Below are positions 56,687 through 64,000 of a stretch of DNA of 64,000 nt, piece by piece; positions within the stretch are counted from its first letter, which is position 1, and every line of letters begins with the position of its first letter. The position numbers were made by a program, and so were the translations under genes. The DNA is from Eledone cirrhosa. Its lineage: Eukaryota. The notes under the pieces were generated by a model. That model was not told where the DNA came from. It saw nothing but the letters and a program-made list of their open reading frames with translations, and made no database searches. Where the stretch lies: NCBI GenBank assembly GCA_964016885.1, contig OZ024741.1:169942001-170006000 (forward strand), given 5' to 3'.

Positions 56687-56688
<2 letters not shown>
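56425..56688 (+). mobile_element. PLE family B terminus with hammerhead at 56483-56525
   Basis: gtca-CTGAAGA-ggtca..tgat-GAAA-gagc-TT-tgac; ends catgaccct..aaagtataacaa plus tail. Confidence 0.8.
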
Positions 56689-58883
<2,195 letters not shown>

Positions 58884-59028
58884 TTGCATATTATTAAAAG
58901 ACGTGTAAGTTGCATAATAAATGCTGATCCTTCAATTATGGAATTTTGTGTATTCATCGTTTTGTCTCTGTTTTTCATTCTATCTCCTTGTCTGTTTGTT
59001 GTTTCCCCTGTTATCCCACCACCACCAC

Positions 59029-59098
<70 letters not shown>

Positions 59099-59917
59099 GT
59101 ATATATATATTCATATAAATATATATAAAACGTTGTGTTCGGAAAAAAGAGAGGAAGATTGGAACATCGGAGTTTGGAAAAAAAAAAAGTTTTAAGAAGG
59201 CTCACAGTGGTAGGAGAATAATATGGAGAGTTCAGGTGTGTCATATAAATTCTATAACCTTAAACAAATGTTATGAAAAATCCTTACAATCGCCCTGTAG
59301 AGATCCTATAAATGCAGAAATATATGAATTTACTGATCAACGAACAAAAAATGTCTTGATATTGATCTTTATATGTAGAATGATTATTGACAATGAATTT
59401 GAGAGGGAGTAGGTTTTCTTTCTCTGGATGTAATTTATTTTAGGGGATATAAATAAATATAGAGTTGCAGATAGTTCTCTGTTATCTATATTTTTAGCTG
59501 AATGGTTTATCTTACTTTGTGAAGTAGGGTTTATTTGGAGATATTGTTTGCAATAGAATTTAGATGCTTTTATTGCTTTTATTGTTCTCATTTTAAAGTT
59601 AGTGATACTCGAGACATGTCAGCTATAAAACAACTATAGATCAGCTCGTATATCATATTGTATTCACATTGTGTTGGTCGATGTGTCGTGTTATACATAC
59701 ACGCAATATATACTCACATACAAATAGATGCACCATCCTGCTTTATTTTCAGTTTTATTACCCCCATTCACTATTTTATTCTTCTTTCCATCTTTCCTTT
59801 CCACCTACCCTTCTTAGACTCTCGCCTTCATTCTATATTTTTCTCCTTTTCCTCATTCCTTCATGGACACACACACTCATACACACATACATAGTCTCAC
59901 ACAAACACACCCACACA

Positions 59918-59951
<34 letters not shown>

Positions 59952-59952
59952 G

Positions 59953-60185
59953 GGGCGGTGGTTTGGCAGTATCGGTAGAGCGTCGGACTCCATGATTTGC
60001 AGCATATAGTTACGGCCCTTTATGATCTAAGTTCAAATCCCGCCGAGGTTAGCTTTGCCTTTCATTCTTACGGGGTCGATAAAATAAAGTACCAGTGACA
60101 TACTAGGGTCGATATAATCGACTTTCCCCTCTCCTTCAAATTGCTGGCCTTGTGCCTAAAGTAGAAACAATTATTATTATTATCA
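59953..60185 (+). mobile_element. SINE family S1 (longer 3' variant)
   Basis: GGCGGTGG.TTGGCAGTATCGGTAGAG..GTTCAAATCCCGCCGAGG..(ATT)n. Confidence 0.85.
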
Positions 60186-60751
60186 TTATTGTTAATAATT
60201 CTTTGTCTCCTTTTCTCTGATGCCATATCGCTTCGGCTTGTGATATATTTAATGCTTTCCTCTAAAAATACTTTTCGATTTTTCCTTTTAATGTCTCCTT
60301 CTTCATTTATATTCTTCGCATTCTCTCTGCATTTTATTCTATCTTATTTTCCCTTTTATATTTCCCTTTTATTTTCCCTTTTATATTTCCCTTTTATTTT
60401 CCCTTCTTTATTTCCCATTCATTTTCCCTTTTATATTTCAGCTCACTTTGTCATTTTTGTTGTTTTTCCTATTTATCCCTTTCTTTCTTTCATAGTTTTT
60501 ATTTCTTCTATTCCGTTTCCATGTTCATTCTAAGTTTCTTTATCTTTTTTTACCAATTCTTTCCATATTTCTTTCTGTTCATATTTTGTTTCTTCATTTT
60601 ATTCCGTTTTATCTCCTTTTATGTCCATTTTTTTATCACTTTATCGTTCCTTTTAAAATATTGCTTCATATATTCTGTTCTTTATATCGTTGTTTCTTTT
60701 ATCTGTGTATCTTTTCCTTCGCTCAATGTTTTTCTTCTCTCTTCTATTGAC

Positions 60752-60878
60752 TCTATCTATGAGACTATCCACCCTTTAGTCTTCTATCTATGAGGCTATC
60801 TACCCTTTAGTCTTCTCTCTATGAGGCTATCTACCCTTTAGTCTTCTATCTATGAGGCTATCTACCTTTTAGTCTTCT
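60752..60878. repeat. ~31-bp tandem repeat x4
   Basis: tctatctatgaggctatctaccctttagtct units. Confidence 0.9.
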
Positions 60879-60909
60879 TTCTTTCCCTTTTCTTTCTCTC
60901 TTTCTTTTT

Positions 60910-60949
<40 letters not shown>

Positions 60950-61778
60950 TTCTTCGTTCGATTTATGTAAATTCATTCGATATTATTCATTCGATATATG
61001 AATATTCTTCGTTGTGGAGGTTTAAGAGGAACGAAACATGTCCGTTGCTTTTGCCACTTTGCATCATAGACCAGATAAATTCCAGCCTCATTACATATAT
61101 TGTTAAAATTCATGAACAACTCTTATTAGAAATTACCCCCCTAATTTAGATAATCGAAGTTGATCGAAGATTTTGTACTTCCTATGTTACATATATTTGA
61201 AGTCTAGATCAATATACTCGCAATATATTCAGTTTTATCCTTTTTTACAACTATATAACTCTTGTCAGTCATATATATAGCGATATCATAATGTTTTAAA
61301 TCAAACGTGAGTGGGTTTCTTTTTTGTGTGTGTTTTTTTGTCAGTTTTGGTCATATTTCGTTTATAATTGGAAGTTAGTACCTATTTTGGAGAGCTTAAT
61401 TTGATATACGAGAATCTCTCTTGTAAGATATTGAAGATTATTATGTGAGCCAGACGGCTTTTGATTCTCTATGTAGAATTTGTCGAGAAATAATGACTGT
61501 ATATTATAAAGAGCCGATAATATATTATTTAATAAAACTTTCATTCTAAATGATTTATTGATATCAGTTTTAATCATGGAATTTTCATTTGTATGTACCA
61601 TTTATCCTGAGTTGATATGCGTATTTGTTCTTTGGTCTATGTCTTCCGATATTCTATCATATATTTTTGTTTGCTGTTTTATCGGAATTTTATACGGTCA
61701 GGACATCGTACAGCCGTAGTTTTCTATCACAGCCACAAACAAACAACACACAGTTGTGATACATAGTATTCCTTAGAG

Positions 61779-61963
61779 AAATAATTGTTTCTACTTTTGG
61801 CACAAGGCCAGCAATTACCCAGTGCATTACTGGTACTTTATTCTATCGACCCCGTAAGGATGAAAGGCAAAGTCAACCTCGGCGGGATTTGAACTCAGAT
61901 CGTAAAGGGACGTAACTATGCTGGAAAGTATGACGTCCGACCCTCTACCGATACTGCCAATCC
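61779..61963 (-). mobile_element. SINE family S1
   Basis: Close match to 2931-3120. Confidence 0.85.
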
Positions 61964-62147
61964 AGAAATAATGGTTTTTGATTTACTCACAAGGTCAACA
62001 ATTTTGGGAGAGGGGAAAGTTCGTTGCTGGTACTTTATATCAGATGTGCCAACCTCAAAAAATATATATAATATTTATGTATTTTCTTATATATATATGT
62101 GTGTGTGTATGTATGTATATGTGTATATATATATATATATGTATGTG

Positions 62148-62247
<100 letters not shown>

Positions 62248-62355
62248 AGAGTTAAACAAGGTTCATATGAATACATCTTAGAATGAGTTTTACACAAATA
62301 CACATGTGTGTGTATGTATTTGTATGTATGTGTTTGTGTATATGTATGTATATGA

Positions 62356-62409
<54 letters not shown>

Positions 62410-62760
62410 ATGTATATGTATGTGTATATGTATGTGTATGTGTGTGTGTGTGTATGTATTTATTTTTATGTATGTATGTGTATGTGCGATTGTGTGTATT
62501 GCTTACCACGTGTGTTTGTTCATTTATTTGTTGACCGTATCGCTGTCAACTTTATAATAATTTTTACATTTATTTTTATTCTTATGTGACGGTATTTTTA
62601 TTATTATATTTTTTCGTATAATTATTTGTGTGTGTGCGTATGTAAGTGTGTGTACATATATCTATATTTGTGCATGCCTATGTATGCGTGTATATATATA
62701 TGTGTGTATGTATATGTATGTGTATGTACGTGTGTATATATGTATGATTGTGTGTATGTG

Positions 62761-62796
<36 letters not shown>

Positions 62797-62797
62797 T

Positions 62798-63058
62798 GTC
62801 AGGTCACCAGTTGGTGCTACTGGTAACATGTATCCCAGTACAACCTGTCTCATGGTCGGGTCATTGGCGACTAAACTGGCAACCCCACCAAGGTTTCTTG
62901 GTGAGGAGGGTGACTTTGGACATCCTGCAGGACTGAAAACAAAACCTGTCAAAGGGCAAAGGAGCTCTTAAGAGTCAATGGCCATCCAAAATCACCGGGA
63001 GAGATGACCCCTTAGCCTTTGTCAAGGCAGAATTCTAGGAGAAGGAAAACTCTGATAT
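62798..63058 (+). mobile_element. probable RTE LINE 5' UTR fragment
   Basis: Ends with CTAGGAGAAGGAAAACTCTGAT, a motif recalled from RTE 5' UTRs. Confidence 0.5.
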
Positions 63059-63069
63059 AGCGCTCAGCT

Positions 63070-63742
63070 CACACTGTAAAGTGGTCGTGGTGGTGACACG
63101 GCAAAAAAAAGCGCCCAGCCCACACTGTAAAGTGGTCGTGATGGTGACACGCAAAAAAAGCACCCAACCCACACTGTAAAGTGGTCGTGATGGTGACACA
63201 GCAAAAAAAAGCGCCCAGCCCACACTGTAAAGTGGTCGTGATGGTGACACGAAAAAAAAAGGCGCCCAGCCCACACTGTAAAGTGGTCGTGATGATGACA
63301 CGGCAAAAAAATCACCCAGCCCACACTGTAAAGTGGTCGTGATGGTGACACGGCAAAAAAATCACCCAGCCCACACTGTAAAGTGGTCGTGATGGTGACC
63401 CGGCAAAAAAGCACCCTGTAAAGTGGTCGTGATGGTGACATCGCAAAAAAAGCACCCAGCCTACACTGTAAAGTGATCGTGTAGGTGTCACAACAAAACG
63501 CATGCAGTCCACACAGTAATGTGATTATGTAGGAGTCACGACAAAAAGCACCAAGCACACTGTAAATCTGGTTGACGTTAGGAAGGGCATCCAGTCGTAG
63601 AAACCAAGCCAAGCCCAACCAAACCAGAAACAGTTCTATGTGAGCAAAACACGGTTATCTGATCCAACTTGCCTCAAACGGGACAACCCGTCTAACTAGT
63701 GCTAGCGTGGGAAAGTGGACGTTAAACGATGATGATGATGAT
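63070..63742 (+). mobile_element. SINE family S2 with expanded ~50-bp minisatellite (~11 units)
   Basis: acactgtaaagtggtcgtgatggtgacac units, then GGAAGGGCATCCAG..GTAGAAACC and a GGACGTTAAAC(GAT)n tail. Confidence 0.8.
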
Positions 63743-64000
63743 ATATCTTAAACCATTTCAATTCTGAGTTCAAATTGCAGCAGTGACTTCAAATTTCATT
63801 TTTATCGATAAAGTGCCATCACCTAAGAATCGATATAATCATGTATGAATCTACTCCCTCCCAAAATTATAATATTGTTGCTTATGATAGACATCAATGT
63901 TAAGTTACGTTCATTTGCATTTTGAGCAAAAAACCCAATAGCATTGAATGTTTTCACGATCGATAAAAAATACCAGGGACAAATTCACAACCTCGATCTA

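Noticed and set aside
60189-60793. Hydrophobic F/L/I-rich ORFs
   Set aside because: Low-complexity pyrimidine-rich DNA.
63070-63570. CRISPR-like regular spacing (also 21072-21325)
   Set aside because: Units repeat in full with no unique spacers, no cas genes, eukaryotic context.

Overview
AT-rich eukaryotic, almost certainly animal, repeat-dominated DNA with no recognisable host gene. The SINE families look like those of octopus/cephalopod genomes (inference). Most listed ORFs are (TA)n/(CA)n/(GA)n microsatellite artefacts. Real content: (i) several Penelope-like element (PLE; RT + GIY-YIG) families, mostly as fold-back fragments inserted in (TA)n, including a ~2.5-kb near-perfect palindrome; (ii) about two dozen type-I hammerhead-ribozyme motifs found by eye (stemI-CTGANGA-stemII-GAAA-stemIII-TH-stemI'), in roughly 10 sequence families, some with stem covariation and some with the rare U3-A8 core; (iii) three non-coding, terminally redundant 487-658-bp hammerhead-bearing monomers that look like retrozymes (candidate circular-RNA retroelements); (iv) two tandem Tx1/L1-clade LINEs in (TATC)n, one with an intact ORF2; (v) remnants of RTE, CRE-like, R4/NeSL-like and hAT elements, Tc1/mariner and pogo-like MITEs, tRNA-derived SINEs and minisatellites. 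All RNA folds and alignments were done by eye; boundaries are approximate to a few bases.
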